From: a virus | Direction: 5' to 3' (one strand) | Virus record (IMG/VR): IMGVR_UViG_3300037504_001427 | Location: 1 to 64,000 of that record | Length of the DNA stretch: 64,000 bases | Shown here: positions 49,249 through 59,883 of the stretch, in pieces | Numbering within the stretch: the first letter of the stretch is position 1 | How the letters are laid out: each line of letters begins with the position of its first letter | The notes under the pieces: model-generated | The model's database searches: none | The model's input: only the letters and a program-made list of their open reading frames with translations | What the model was told of the DNA's origin: nothing | Position numbers and translations under genes: made by a program

Positions 49249-51044
49249 AGGCGAGAATCTACTGGGCGCAATCTAGTGGCGCGGCGCACCTTCGGGTATA
49301 TCAGACCGAAACGACTGCCGAGTTGTCCAACGAGCTGCGTCAAGTCGGCACACCGGCCAATTTTGATCATGCTACGAGCGAGTGGGATTACCCCCTCACA
49401 GCAGCGGCCGTACGCACTCTGGTGGCCATCGCCGACCGCATGGGCCTGCAGGTGGAGTGGTCAGCGGAACTGAGCTCGTTTGCTGTTGAGCAGGAGCGCC
49501 TGGAGCGGTACGAGCAGCAGGTGTTCCGCTGGATCGCACCGATGATCCAGCAGTCGAACGCCCCCTTGGAGGGCTATGTTACGCAGACCTTCGGCGGGCA
49601 GATGCCACCGATGCGACACCAACAACTCGCCTACCATTGGTCCCTGCGAACAACGGGACTGCTACTGGCCCATGACCCAGGACTGGGCAAGACCCGGTCT
49701 GCGATCGATGCTGCCGCAGGATGGTACCGCCATGGCATCATCCGCCCCATGTCCCAATTCTGGAACACCGCCACCCAGAGGTGGTGTGTGGAGGGAGGCG
49801 TCCTCGTCGTGTGCCCAAAGGCGGTGATCCGGACGTGGTCCAGCCAGGCAGCTCAATGGCAATCTATGACATCGGTGGAAATCACGGGGCCGGCGGACAG
49901 GAAGCGAAAACGCGCAGGGATGGTCTCACACATACACGCCGTCAATTATCAGAGTCTACATTCGGTGGTGGGCAATCGCTATGACGGTCTTATTATAGAC
50001 GAGTCACATCGTTGTGCCAACAAGACTAAGCAGACGGATGCCGTGCAGTCCTTGTCTTTGCCGACTAAACGACGACTGCTGCTTACTGGCTCTCCGGTTT
50101 CCAATTCTCTTGAGAGCGTCTTCTTTCAGATGCTGATCGCCGATGGCGGCAGGACGCTCGGTTGCAGCAGGGCGGCGTTTCTCAACGAGTATTTCACCGA
50201 GGAGGTGGGCAACAAAGGCAGACGCAAGCATATCCCCAAGGAGGACAGCGCGCGGCGGATAGCACAGCGGATGGCTCAGAGCACCTACTTTTTACGCAAA
50301 GAAGAGGCGATTGATCTTCCGCATAAGTTGTTTACTCCCATCTATCTGGATATGACCGTAGACCAGAGGCGGTACTATGAAGAATTGCGTAAGGAAGCCA
50401 TCACCTATATCCAGGATAAGACTGTATCAGTGCCCGAGGCGCTGAGCAAGATGCATAAGCTCCTGCAGGTCTGCCAGGGAGTGGTGCGTGAGGAGGGCGG
50501 CGAATGGCTCTCTTTCACCAACATCAAGCAGGAAACCCTCCTCGAGAGCCTCACAAACGAACTCTACGGCCGCAAGGTGGTGGTGTGGTGTCGTTTCACG
50601 CACGAAATAGACAGCCTCCTTGCCCGCCTCAGCGAGCTGGGTATCTGGGCCTTGCGGTTTGACGGACAAGTGTCGCATAAGAACCGCAACCAGATCATCA
50701 CTGCTTGGAACACAGATTCTCGGTACACCGTTTTCGTCGCCCAACTCAGCATGTCTGAGGGCATTGAACTCCTAGCGAAGGACATCGAGGTGCCGTGTTA
50801 TGACTGTGAGTATCTCGGAGTGGATTACTCCTTCGTCAATTGGCTGCAGAGCCAGGATCGGATCCATCGCATTGGGCAGCGGTACCCCTGTCACTACAAG
50901 GTTTACTTGACTTCTGACGGCATCGATCGAGGGGTCTATGAGTCGCTGAGGGCCAAGCAGCAAACCAGCGATCTGGTCTACACCACGGGCAAGGAGTACC
51001 TCTTGCAGTTGCTGCGCGGAGAAAGCACGGTCGGTAGCTTGTAG
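49236..51044 (+). CDS. SNF2-family helicase
   Basis: DPGLGKT, IIDESH, LTGSP, Q..DRIHRIGQ. Confidence 0.92.
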   Translation: MVTLKARIYWAQSSGAAHLRVYQTETTAELSNELRQVGTPANFDHATSEWDYPLTAAAVRTLVAIADRMGLQVEWSAELSSFAVEQERLERYEQQVFRWIAPMIQQSNAPLEGYVTQTFGGQMPPMRHQQLAYHWSLRTTGLLLAHDPGLGKTRSAIDAAAGWYRHGIIRPMSQFWNTATQRWCVEGGVLVVCPKAVIRTWSSQAAQWQSMTSVEITGPADRKRKRAGMVSHIHAVNYQSLHSVVGNRYDGLIIDESHRCANKTKQTDAVQSLSLPTKRRLLLTGSPVSNSLESVFFQMLIADGGRTLGCSRAAFLNEYFTEEVGNKGRRKHIPKEDSARRIAQRMAQSTYFLRKEEAIDLPHKLFTPIYLDMTVDQRRYYEELRKEAITYIQDKTVSVPEALSKMHKLLQVCQGVVREEGGEWLSFTNIKQETLLESLTNELYGRKVVVWCRFTHEIDSLLARLSELGIWALRFDGQVSHKNRNQIITAWNTDSRYTVFVAQLSMSEGIELLAKDIEVPCYDCEYLGVDYSFVNWLQSQDRIHRIGQRYPCHYKVYLTSDGIDRGVYESLRAKQQTSDLVYTTGKEYLLQLLRGESTVGSL

Positions 51045-51075
51045 TTTGGGCGGCGGGGCGTATACTGCGTCCGCT

Positions 51076-52221
51076 ATGCCTACTTCCGCCCTTCCCGTCG
51101 TAGACTTCAATCGCCTGGCGGCCTTCTTGCGCCAAGCGCCGTTCGCCAACAACCCGAGATCCCCTCGTTTACCGCCTGAGCTGCGGGCCGTCTATGACGA
51201 GATCGGCTCATGGTTCTCCAGGCCCTTGACCGCCAATGACAAGCTGGACAAGCCGCCCCGTGGACGCCCGTGGCTGGTGCGAGGTATCGCGTTTATCCCC
51301 GCCCGTAATATCAGGTCGTTCTTCCGCACGAAGGCCGGAAGGTGGGATCAGGAGCGACTGGAGGACTTTGGCGTCACCAAAGAGCAGGTCCTTGCGGTCC
51401 CCGACGTGTGTCCGGGAGCGACTGAAGGGTGCGCCGCTGTGTGCTTGTCTGATGCCGGCCGGCAGGGACAGAGCGCCTCTGTCCGCGCCCAAGTGAATCG
51501 CTTGCTGTCATTCACACACAAGAGGAAGGCCTATCTTACCGTGGTGGCTATCGCTATCGCCAAGCTGCATGCCGAAGCGGCGGAGAAAGGAGCTAGGACC
51601 GGAGTGCGCCTGAATATACTGAGCGACGTGTCTTGGGAGCGAATCCCCATCGAGGTTGATCCGTATTTGGCCAAGTACCTCAATCTCGTGTTGCCCAAGC
51701 GTACGCGCCGAATCAAGGCCGGCACCTACCCCAATTTCATGGCCATGTTTCCGAAGATTCAATTCTACGATTACACCAAGATAGGGGGGAGGATGCAGGC
51801 TTTCTTGGACGGCCGCTTCCCTCCCAACTACTTTTTGACGTGGTCTTTGGCGGAAACGCGCGCCAATCGTCGGAAAGCCATGCAGGTCTTGCGCCACCCC
51901 AAGGGCGTGGTGGCCGTTGCTTTCGCTGTGCCCAGCGAACGCAAAGGGGGCCCGACTCGCCCTCTGCCGAAGGTGTTGGCGATAACAGACCGACAGCGCG
52001 GTACCCTTATTACACGCCTGGTGGTCGACGCGGACAAGCATGATGTGCGTCCGCTCGATTTGCGGACGGCCGGAGGGCCCTGCTTCGCAGGACTCCGCTT
52101 CAAGATCCCCTTGCATAAGTTGAAGGGGATGTCCACGGAACAGAAGATGGAGGCGGCTGGCGCGTTTGTTGTCGATCCTGACAAGAAGTCCATCGAGGTG
52201 ATGGACGGGAAGCGAAAATGA
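51076..52221 (+). CDS. GP88-like protein (Cys-cluster, radical-SAM-like)
   Basis: CPGATEGCAAVCL..AGR, RLNILSD, FYDYTK, GLRFK. Confidence 0.7.
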   Translation: MPTSALPVVDFNRLAAFLRQAPFANNPRSPRLPPELRAVYDEIGSWFSRPLTANDKLDKPPRGRPWLVRGIAFIPARNIRSFFRTKAGRWDQERLEDFGVTKEQVLAVPDVCPGATEGCAAVCLSDAGRQGQSASVRAQVNRLLSFTHKRKAYLTVVAIAIAKLHAEAAEKGARTGVRLNILSDVSWERIPIEVDPYLAKYLNLVLPKRTRRIKAGTYPNFMAMFPKIQFYDYTKIGGRMQAFLDGRFPPNYFLTWSLAETRANRRKAMQVLRHPKGVVAVAFAVPSERKGGPTRPLPKVLAITDRQRGTLITRLVVDADKHDVRPLDLRTAGGPCFAGLRFKIPLHKLKGMSTEQKMEAAGAFVVDPDKKSIEVMDGKRK

Positions 52222-52433
52222 GCCGACGACCCACTGTTCGCGCCGATCTCGCGGAAGCTGTTGACCGCTTGGATGAACTCCTGCGGCGCGACTTCGGGCA
52301 GGTTGGCTTCGAGTACCATATCGTCGCTCTCGGACGCACGCTCGCCGCGGCCAATACTGAGCGCTGCGCGCATCGCCCCAACCATCGTATACTCCCCAAG
52401 TGCCGTGAAGCCATAGGGTTGCGACGCCAATAA
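52218..52433 (+). CDS. hypothetical protein
   Basis: ATGA-coupled. Confidence 0.45.
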   Translation: MSRRPTVRADLAEAVDRLDELLRRDFGQVGFEYHIVALGRTLAAANTERCAHRPNHRILPKCREAIGLRRQ

Positions 52434-52474
52434 TCGAGTGTCGCACAGGGGTCCCGCAGGCTATAATGCACCCC

Positions 52475-54406
52475 ATGGACAATTCTCCGCAGAATGCCGG
52501 CCTTCCGCCTCCGACCACCATGCCGCCACCCATGGGGGCCCCGCCACCACCTGGGGGCGCTCCTGCAGGGTTCGAGCGGCCTCGAGGACGCCCGAGCGGC
52601 GATCCCGACAAGGACGAAGCGCGCCTGCGGCGCCAGAAGGAACGGGAACGGCTGGGCAAGTTTGTTCCGCCTTCTGCCCGAGACCATCGATTCCTGCTCT
52701 ACGAGCGGAAGAAGGGCAAGGCCCGAGGTAAACTCGTTACCGAGGTCTTGCTCTCCGACGTGGAGGATGTACTCGGAGACGAACCGGCCCATTCTGAGAT
52801 CCTGTCGTTTCTGGCCACTCGGCTGACGGAAAAGGGCTACAATCAGGGCCACTTCGAGGCTGTGGTTGCTGACCGAAAGCGAGTCCCTGACCGCGATTAC
52901 TCTGCGTTCCCCGTGGTTGTCGGCGAGACTGAAGAGGGCTTCGACGAAGATAACTCTGACGATGATGAGGATACCTACATGCCGCCGTTCCCGTATGTTC
53001 AGCAGCCCATGCAGCAGTACCCGCCCCCACCACCACAGGACAACATGGCACTCACCCTGGTCGAGCGACTGATGGACCGGCTCGACCGGCAGCCGCAGCA
53101 GGATTCCGGCACGGGCCTGATGCAGGTTCTGCTGCAGCAACAGCAGCAGGCCGCAGAGGAGCGACGCAGGGAGGACGAGCGTCGGCGCGAGGAGGAACGC
53201 AAGGCCGAGGAGCGCCGTGAGGAACAGCGCCGTGAGGAACAGCGGTATCGGGAGGAGCAGGAGCGCAAGCGTGAGGAGGAGCGCCGCCGATCTGACCATC
53301 GGTGGATGGAGATGATGCTCGGCCTCGGCACCACCGCAATCCCAGCCGTGGCGGAACTCTTCAAGCCGAAGAGCAACGAGATGCTGCCGTTCCTGGTGGA
53401 TGTGATCAAATCCCACAACGCTCGGGACAACAGCACGACGGCCTTGGAGGTCATGCAGCAGAGCGCCAAGGAGCAGGTGTCCCTCCAGGGCGAGATGATG
53501 CGGTCCATGGTGGCCTCGCAGTCCGAGGCACAGTCGGGTGTTCTCAAGGCCATTTTGCCCCTGATGGCACAGACCTTCCAGGATCTGTCCACTGTCAAGG
53601 AAGAGGAAGGCGACACGATCAGTCGCGTCCTCAAATTCGCCAACAAGATGCAGCCTATGCTCGAGCGCATGCTCAAGCCGCAGGCGACACCTATGCCGCA
53701 AACGCCGGCCCTTGCCCTTCCGCACCAGCAGCAGACGCAGTCGGCGGAGGAGACGGAAAGCGAAGGCGAGGGTGAGACTGAGGAGGCGGTGACCGAAGAC
53801 AGCCAGGCCCTCATCAGCCAGGTGCTTTATATCACAAAGGACCTGCAGCAGAATGCAGTCGGAGTGGATGAGGCTGTGCCCAAGGTCATGGAGGCGGCCA
53901 ATCTGATTCCGCAGGACATGCGGCCCGCCATTGCCGTCGGTGATACCCAAGCACTGCTCCAAGCCGCATGGCCAGTCATCGAGGAAGATACAGTACTCCG
54001 CACATGGCTGACGGGCAGTGCCGATGTGGTACCCTATCTGGAATTCTGTCTGCAGGCCGTGCAGAAGATCTATCGTTCCGAGTGGTCGGAGAAGGTTCCG
54101 CAGACGTGGCTGGTCGACCACATCAAGCACCTCCTGGCCCAAGAGAAGGAACCGTGGGTCAAGGATTCGGCACAGCAGCCGCATCTGGAGAACACGCTCG
54201 CTGCTCTCCGCGGAGGGCCGATCAAGGAGCAGCCGCAGACGACAGAGGACCAAGCGCCGGCGGACCAACCCCCGGCGGCCCAAGCGCCGGCGAGGAAGCG
54301 CAAGTCCCCACCGCCGGCTCCTCCGGAGCAAGACGACGAGGCCACCCAAGACCAAAACCAAGATCAAGACCAAGGCCAGAACCAGACCGCGGGCTCGTCG
54401 CAGTGA
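52475..54406 (+). CDS. large Q/E/M-rich coiled-coil protein
   Basis: Long ORF; TATAAT at 52462. Confidence 0.75.
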   Translation: MDNSPQNAGLPPPTTMPPPMGAPPPPGGAPAGFERPRGRPSGDPDKDEARLRRQKERERLGKFVPPSARDHRFLLYERKKGKARGKLVTEVLLSDVEDVLGDEPAHSEILSFLATRLTEKGYNQGHFEAVVADRKRVPDRDYSAFPVVVGETEEGFDEDNSDDDEDTYMPPFPYVQQPMQQYPPPPPQDNMALTLVERLMDRLDRQPQQDSGTGLMQVLLQQQQQAAEERRREDERRREEERKAEERREEQRREEQRYREEQERKREEERRRSDHRWMEMMLGLGTTAIPAVAELFKPKSNEMLPFLVDVIKSHNARDNSTTALEVMQQSAKEQVSLQGEMMRSMVASQSEAQSGVLKAILPLMAQTFQDLSTVKEEEGDTISRVLKFANKMQPMLERMLKPQATPMPQTPALALPHQQQTQSAEETESEGEGETEEAVTEDSQALISQVLYITKDLQQNAVGVDEAVPKVMEAANLIPQDMRPAIAVGDTQALLQAAWPVIEEDTVLRTWLTGSADVVPYLEFCLQAVQKIYRSEWSEKVPQTWLVDHIKHLLAQEKEPWVKDSAQQPHLENTLAALRGGPIKEQPQTTEDQAPADQPPAAQAPARKRKSPPPAPPEQDDEATQDQNQDQDQGQNQTAGSSQ

Positions 54407-54906
54407 TTATTGTGATCACCAACAAGCGAGGCTTGTTGGTACACCCTCTGCAGCAGACTTCCAGGCTGGAGATCCTTCCTCGGGCAGCACCGGGTCCGGG
54501 GGAGGATTTCGCATTGGGCCTACGTTACTTCACGGCGCCCACACACAACACACCTGACGGCTGGGCCTTCAATTTTGTGCATGGGGTATCACTACCGTTC
54601 TTGTCGGCCACACAGCCACCGCTGGAGGGGTTGAGAAAAGTCGCGGATGCCCTGCTCCAGATCGGCCCTGATGGCAAGGTCCTCGGGGAGGCGGAGCGCG
54701 TCTTCGGACTGCTGCGCAATCAAGAGCAGTCGGTAGAGCAATCGGTTTTTGACCAGGCGTGGAAGGACCTATCTCGTCTCTTCCGGCTTTATAGGCTGCT
54801 CTGCCAGCGCATTCTGGAGCAGGCCGAGGGCACGGTCCCCTTGGAGGAACCATTGAAGTATGTTCTCCGGATCGACCTTCTCACCGGCGGAGGAAGAGCA
54901 GGATGA
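54403..54906 (+). CDS. hypothetical protein
   Basis: GTGA-coupled start. Confidence 0.55.
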   Translation: MIIVITNKRGLLVHPLQQTSRLEILPRAAPGPGEDFALGLRYFTAPTHNTPDGWAFNFVHGVSLPFLSATQPPLEGLRKVADALLQIGPDGKVLGEAERVFGLLRNQEQSVEQSVFDQAWKDLSRLFRLYRLLCQRILEQAEGTVPLEEPLKYVLRIDLLTGGGRAG

Positions 54907-55210
54907 AGCCGAGGGCTGCCGCGACACCGAGGGCAGCACCAGCGGCGGATCCGCCAGCCTCGATGTAGTTGACCTCGGAGAAGTCCTCCGCCAGTCCAAC
55001 TTGCTTGGGATCTTGGTTTCCCGAACGCAGGATCAGGTCTGCGGGACGCCCACCGAGCGAGGAGTCTTCTCTCCGGTGCGCCCCCGCCCGGAGTTTCTGC
55101 ATCGAACGCAGCGTCTGCGTATGGACGGCGCCGCCGCTTCGGATGCCGTTGTTGATCTCTTCCAGCGTCGCTTGGCCGAATTCCTGCGGGATGTTCCTGG
55201 TGGGGGTCAT
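54881..55210 (-). CDS. small membrane-anchored protein
   Basis: C-terminal TM followed by RR. Confidence 0.65.
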   Translation of the reverse strand: MTPTRNIPQEFGQATLEEINNGIRSGGAVHTQTLRSMQKLRAGAHRREDSSLGGRPADLILRSGNQDPKQVGLAEDFSEVNYIEAGGSAAGAALGVAAALGFILLFLRR

Positions 55211-55527
55211 TGGCTCACCTCGTATTCGGCGTCTTTGACGACGGGTTGGTCGCGTTTTTCTTGTCGCTGAGAGAATTCACTCAGGAGGACCAGCGTCATG
55301 ACTGGGCCCAGGATCTCGGAAGCCGAGGAGAGGATGTGGTGCAGCCGGAGGTCTTTGACTTCCTCTTTCTTCTCTGCGATCTTTCCCCACAGTGCCAGGC
55401 CGATGAATCCGGTCACCACCCAATAGCGTGCGGCCAAGCGCGCGAGGGGGCTACGGATAACCCCTTCTGCGCCGAGGTTGCCGAGCAGGCCGAGCAGGCG
55501 GTCCATGTTTTTGTCACTGAGGTTCAT
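55207..55527 (-). CDS. small membrane protein
   Basis: Hydrophobic segments; coupled to neighbours. Confidence 0.6.
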   Translation of the reverse strand: MNLSDKNMDRLLGLLGNLGAEGVIRSPLARLAARYWVVTGFIGLALWGKIAEKKEEVKDLRLHHILSSASEILGPVMTLVLLSEFSQRQEKRDQPVVKDAEYEVSQ

Positions 55528-56287
55528 CCAGCTCCTGCGCCGCTTTCAGAAGTCGCGTGTTGTCTGTAGTATATACACGCTTCCACGGACCAGCAAGCGA
55601 GTTGGCGGTGTGCTGATAGACGACGGTACCCAGCAGCACAGTGTCTCTGGAGTACCACACCTGCCCGCCCTTTTTCACCTGTTGGTAGCGGCGTAGGAGA
55701 CCGCTCTCTGTCGCCTCTTCGCGTATGGCAGAGATCTCGGCCTTGTCTTCGTCCACCATCCTGGTCAGTCCGTCATCGCGAACATACGGCGCCTGGTCGG
55801 CGAGCTGCTGCATGAAGCCCACAGCCTCTTGTTCGTCCATCGCGAGTGCCTTCGCGATCTCTCCGTGGACCATCCTTATCCGGTGCCGCTCTTTTCTTTT
55901 CTTCCCGTCTTGAGTGCCCGAGCCCTTTATCTCCAGCACCACATCCTCCGGAAAAGTAAGGCGCACTTTTCCGGTCAGGATTGCGGCCACCACCGCAGGA
56001 GAGAGGGAGACCATCTTGCCCGATTGCATGGCCTCCAGGTCGAACTCTGCGTGCTCCTCGTCGTACAGTGCGCCGACGTCTCTGAACCGCTGTACTTCCG
56101 CCAGGTTTTCTTGGCAGAGTGCATGCACGCAGTCTCTGAGTGCCGCAGGCGGCCCGCGGAAGCGAAACTTCTTCGGCAGGTGGTTGAACGCCCGGATTGT
56201 CGGCCGCTCACAGGTCCAGTGCCAGGGCGGGTTGCGCCTTTTCCAGCAGCGGTAGATGAGTTCTTTTGCGACGACGCCGCTCATCAA
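55514..56287 (-). CDS. hypothetical protein
   Basis: 257-aa ORF in operon. Confidence 0.65.
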   Translation of the reverse strand: MMSGVVAKELIYRCWKRRNPPWHWTCERPTIRAFNHLPKKFRFRGPPAALRDCVHALCQENLAEVQRFRDVGALYDEEHAEFDLEAMQSGKMVSLSPAVVAAILTGKVRLTFPEDVVLEIKGSGTQDGKKRKERHRIRMVHGEIAKALAMDEQEAVGFMQQLADQAPYVRDDGLTRMVDEDKAEISAIREEATESGLLRRYQQVKKGGQVWYSRDTVLLGTVVYQHTANSLAGPWKRVYTTDNTRLLKAAQELDEPQ

Positions 56288-56297
56288 TCACTCACCG

Positions 56298-56549
56298 TCA
56301 GGAGGTGTAAAGCAGAAAGGCGGTGATCGCCGCGCCGGCAAAGAGCACCTTCCATGGGACCGTGCCACGCGCGGTTTCTTCCACTGTGGCAGGCGCAGCA
56401 TCCGATGCCAGAACGGAGCGTGTGGCGGAGGTCGAGAGAGGGCGCGGGGCCGGCATTTCCACACCGTGCGTCGCCCGCTCTGCGACCTGCGTGGTCACCC
56501 GAGTGGGCATGGGGGTCAGCATGAATTGGTCGGCGTGGTTGCTCAGCAT
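56298..56549 (-). CDS. small membrane-anchored protein
   Basis: RBS ggagg; C-terminal TM. Confidence 0.65.
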   Translation of the reverse strand: MLSNHADQFMLTPMPTRVTTQVAERATHGVEMPAPRPLSTSATRSVLASDAAPATVEETARGTVPWKVLFAGAAITAFLLYTS

Positions 56550-56577
56550 GGTGCCTCCATGGTACGAGGTCGATCGG

Positions 56578-57099
56578 CTAGATCAACAGTTCCTTGGCGA
56601 AGCGTGGAGCCATGCGCCAAGTGGGTTTTACGGCTGGCGTATTGACCAGCCGCGTGAGGGCCGCATCAGCGAAGTCGGGGTCTTGCGCCTTGAGCTTGGC
56701 CACTTCTTCGTCCACCCAAGCCGTGAGCGGCTCTTGGTCCTGCGCGTCTGTCGGCTGAGCCGCGGGGTCGAACCACTGCTCGATCCCTCTCGGGCGAGTG
56801 AGGTAGGCGCTTACAGCGGCGAGCGTGAAGCTGCCCGGATAGACGGCGTTCGCCTCCACGGACTTGGTGTTGCGTTTGAACCAGGCGTAGCTCGACGCGG
56901 CCATGGTGGCCAGGGATGCGACGAAAAGCACGGGACGCCATTTGACGTAGAAATCCCATGCATCGAATCCCTTTCGAACGAACAGTGCTCCGCGCTCTCT
57001 GTTTTGCTCGTAGTAGGGGATCTTCTTGCGCACATAGCGCATTTGCCCGGCCGGAATGCCGGCCTCTACTATCTTGATGATGCTGCTCACGCTCGTCAT
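56578..57099 (-). CDS. membrane protein
   Basis: Two hydrophobic segments. Confidence 0.65.
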   Translation of the reverse strand: MTSVSSIIKIVEAGIPAGQMRYVRKKIPYYEQNRERGALFVRKGFDAWDFYVKWRPVLFVASLATMAASSYAWFKRNTKSVEANAVYPGSFTLAAVSAYLTRPRGIEQWFDPAAQPTDAQDQEPLTAWVDEEVAKLKAQDPDFADAALTRLVNTPAVKPTWRMAPRFAKELLI

Positions 57100-57635
57100 G
57101 GTGATTCCTCGGTTTTCTGTTCCTGGTCGTCGGTATGGGTTTCCCCACCGAAAGCGGACTTGCCGAGCAACACGGCACTCAGGACCGCGATGACCAGCCA
57201 GGTGAGGATGTTCGTCACGAGGGCGGTGCGGGAGGTGCTCATGTCCTCGACCTTTTTTGCGAGGTTGTTGACCGCCTCCTGGTTTGCTTTGTCTCCTACT
57301 TCGCGGCCGATGAACTCTTTGAAGTTCTCCATGCGCTCACGGAGAAGAGCGGTGTCGCCGCGTTGCGCGTAGACGAGGGAGTAGATCTGACGAGTGAGCT
57401 TGTCCAATTGGAGGTGACGGCGCTCATTGCTGGAGGCAATGGCCTGCAGGTTGTCGCGCGTTGCGCGGCTCATCTGCGCCAAGTCGTCCTGCGTTTTGGC
57501 GACGAGCGCGAGCGCCAGACGCCCGCTGGAGTCATTATCCCCTCCCATCGCTTCCGGCGGTACCGGGATGTTTCCACTCCTGGTACGCTGGTACGGCTGT
57601 ATTTCTGGCCAAGTGCGTAGTTCGTCGTTACTCAT
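57096..57635 (-). CDS. coiled-coil protein with C-terminal TM
   Basis: ILTWLVIAVLSAVLL. Confidence 0.65.
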   Translation of the reverse strand: MSNDELRTWPEIQPYQRTRSGNIPVPPEAMGGDNDSSGRLALALVAKTQDDLAQMSRATRDNLQAIASSNERRHLQLDKLTRQIYSLVYAQRGDTALLRERMENFKEFIGREVGDKANQEAVNNLAKKVEDMSTSRTALVTNILTWLVIAVLSAVLLGKSAFGGETHTDDQEQKTEESP

Positions 57636-57704
57636 GGCGCGGCTCCCAAGGCTGCCCGACGCCTCGCGTGGTATCTTCGATGCACCTGCGAGCCGCGGAG
57701 ATCA

Positions 57705-58277
57705 TCATGAGTCCTTTGAGATCAGTCCCTCTGACCCGAGGGAGTTCCTTTTGTAGTGCAGGCCGATTGTGCTGACGATTGCGTCGCCAGTCATGGTATC
57801 TGCGGCATTATTTGCGTCACGAATAAGATCAAAGACAATTTGGTCTCCGATTTTGATGTTCGTGCCGGTGATCGTGCCGAGTTCGTGCGTCTTCAGGTCC
57901 CATTGGGCCGTTGGAGTTGCCGCAGTCAGTCCGACAGTCGTTTCAGAGATGACCGTAGTGTTTGTTCCGTCTGGATGACGAATCTGGTAAACGAAATTCC
58001 ACCTGACATCCCCAGATGGTGCGGCAGCCGCGCTCCCCCAATGGATATGGATGCTCAGGTCCGTCCCTTCCGCATAGTCGTGCGGAATCTCTTTCCAAGT
58101 TCCGACATATTCGTCGGAACTATCGTCAAATGCTGCAATTTCTGCGTAGGAAGAACCAGCATAAGCGATGATGTCTGGAGAACTGCTAGAACCCGGACCA
58201 GTCGCTCGCACTAAGTCGAGCGGATTGTAATCAATATCCCCATATTCCGCTTCGGCGTCTGTTAGTCTGAATGACAT
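57705..58277 (-). CDS. beta-sandwich virion (spike/decoration) protein
   Basis: IPHDY..GT....HIHW...VRW...LIRDA....DT..GDA pattern. Confidence 0.55.
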   Translation of the reverse strand: MSFRLTDAEAEYGDIDYNPLDLVRATGPGSSSSPDIIAYAGSSYAEIAAFDDSSDEYVGTWKEIPHDYAEGTDLSIHIHWGSAAAAPSGDVRWNFVYQIRHPDGTNTTVISETTVGLTAATPTAQWDLKTHELGTITGTNIKIGDQIVFDLIRDANNAADTMTGDAIVSTIGLHYKRNSLGSEGLISKDS

Positions 58278-58285
58278 GGTGTATC

Positions 58286-58645
58286 CTAATCTGTTATCCT
58301 GTACTTCTCAGTCCAGGCGCTGCTTTCTCTGCGCTCAAACACAAGGTCATTGCCATCGCGTTTGATGCGCCACGAGCCGTCGGTTGTTGTGTCCCCGAAG
58401 TAGAACACGCTTGTTGAGGTAGCTTCGATGTCGCTATTAGGCCGCAGTGCTCCACTGACGGCCCAATTGCCCGTGAGCGTTTGTGCGTTCCAGGTCGCGC
58501 TGCCGAGCACCAGGTTATCTGAGCCATCCGCCTGGAGCAGATTGAGGGCAGTGCCCGCGGCGTTACGCTGGAGCATCTGGATGTTGTTCAACAGCTCAAG
58601 TTGCGTGCCCGTGAGCAGGCCTTCCGGGAAGTCAGTCAAGCTCAT
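58286..58645 (-). CDS. fibre/spike-associated protein
   Basis: YFGD.TTDGSWRI..DG.DLVFERRES..W. Confidence 0.55.
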   Translation of the reverse strand: MSLTDFPEGLLTGTQLELLNNIQMLQRNAAGTALNLLQADGSDNLVLGSATWNAQTLTGNWAVSGALRPNSDIEATSTSVFYFGDTTTDGSWRIKRDGNDLVFERRESSAWTEKYRITD

Positions 58646-59883
58646 TGTGGACCTCCGGCAGTCCGCTCAAAGCTGACCGTCCATGTTCCTGTGGCGGGCG
58701 GAGTCACCAGCAGGCGCAGGATCTGGTTTGCACCAGCACCCGAAACGTCGGCAGAGACGGTGAAGCCCTCGGCAACCAGGCTCGTGCCCGCGGCGCTTCC
58801 CGAGGCTGCTGTCGCGTCTGTGGACGGGTCACCATCGTGGATATACCGGGCATCGAATTCGGCGTAGGCACCGTTGGTGGTATCCTCGAGGTAGGCCTGC
58901 CAGCGAGCGCCCCGGAAGTCATCGACGGAGAAGGAGTCGATTACGTTGGCGACACTGTTGGTGAGCGCGATCTGGTTGCCGAACTGGTAGGCGGGGTCCC
59001 CGTCTGCGGCCACCCATGTGAGATAGAAGGTTGATCCCGAGCGGGTGATATAGGCCACGTCCACCGAGTCGGCATCCGGCGAAAGATCCGGCTGGATACC
59101 GCCGACATAGGCCCAGTTCGTGCCGCTGAAACTCAGCGTGTGACCACCACCCTGGGTGAACTCAATGCGGATGGTTGCGCCGTCTGGCATATTGGACGGT
59201 TCATTCAGGGTCACATTACCCGCGGTCGTCCGTCGGTAGACGGTGCCGAGTGTCGCCCCCAGCGTCTGGCCGTCCATATCGATGGATATGGTGTCACTAT
59301 CCAAGACCACTATCGTTGGATCCAGTGTGGTCGGACTCCACGCGGTGCTCGTGCCGTCGTAAATCAGCGCCTGCTGGTTTGTGGGGGCGGTGGCGCTGAC
59401 GTCTACGTTGCGGATCTTTTCGACAGTGTTTGCCCCCGCCGGGCCTGTGGCATCACCAGCAAGTGAGGCGCCAGCGCCCCCTCCACCATCGCCGACCCAG
59501 TTGCTCCGGCCTTCACTGAGTGAGGCATTGGTCACAGCGAGGGCAGCGTAAGTGCTGAGCTGGCGGCTCTGCAGTAGGTAGCCCGGCTGCAGGAGCGTCC
59601 AGAAGGCACCGGGAGCAGCGGTGATTGCCTCCTGGTAGAGGCCCTCGATGAGCACGCCCGTCCCGGAGTAGATCTCTATTTGATAGGGATTCGCGATAGA
59701 GGCCCCAGAATCATCGTAGAGCAGACTGACCGCGAATTCCAGCCCAGAGCGGGAGAGTCGGTCTCCAGGAACAAGCGTCAGCCCGAGGATCCGATGGCTG
59801 AGCAATGGCGCGAGGACACCGTTGACCGCGGTTTTCAGAGCAGAGAGGTTTGCTGCTGTGATGAGCTTTGTCGTCGTGGTCAT
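58642..59883 (-). CDS. spike/fibre protein 1
   Basis: T/S/G-rich beta repeats; N-terminal domain shared with 60212-61726. Confidence 0.65.
   Translation of the reverse strand: MTTTTKLITAANLSALKTAVNGVLAPLLSHRILGLTLVPGDRLSRSGLEFAVSLLYDDSGASIANPYQIEIYSGTGVLIEGLYQEAITAAPGAFWTLLQPGYLLQSRQLSTYAALAVTNASLSEGRSNWVGDGGGGAGASLAGDATGPAGANTVEKIRNVDVSATAPTNQQALIYDGTSTAWSPTTLDPTIVVLDSDTISIDMDGQTLGATLGTVYRRTTAGNVTLNEPSNMPDGATIRIEFTQGGGHTLSFSGTNWAYVGGIQPDLSPDADSVDVAYITRSGSTFYLTWVAADGDPAYQFGNQIALTNSVANVIDSFSVDDFRGARWQAYLEDTTNGAYAEFDARYIHDGDPSTDATAASGSAAGTSLVAEGFTVSADVSGAGANQILRLLVTPPATGTWTVSFERTAGGPQ

Noticed and set aside
52100-54373. 757-aa minus-strand ORF (also 18657-20144 minus and 59868-61394 plus)
   Set aside because: Antisense shadows of well-formed genes on the opposite strand.
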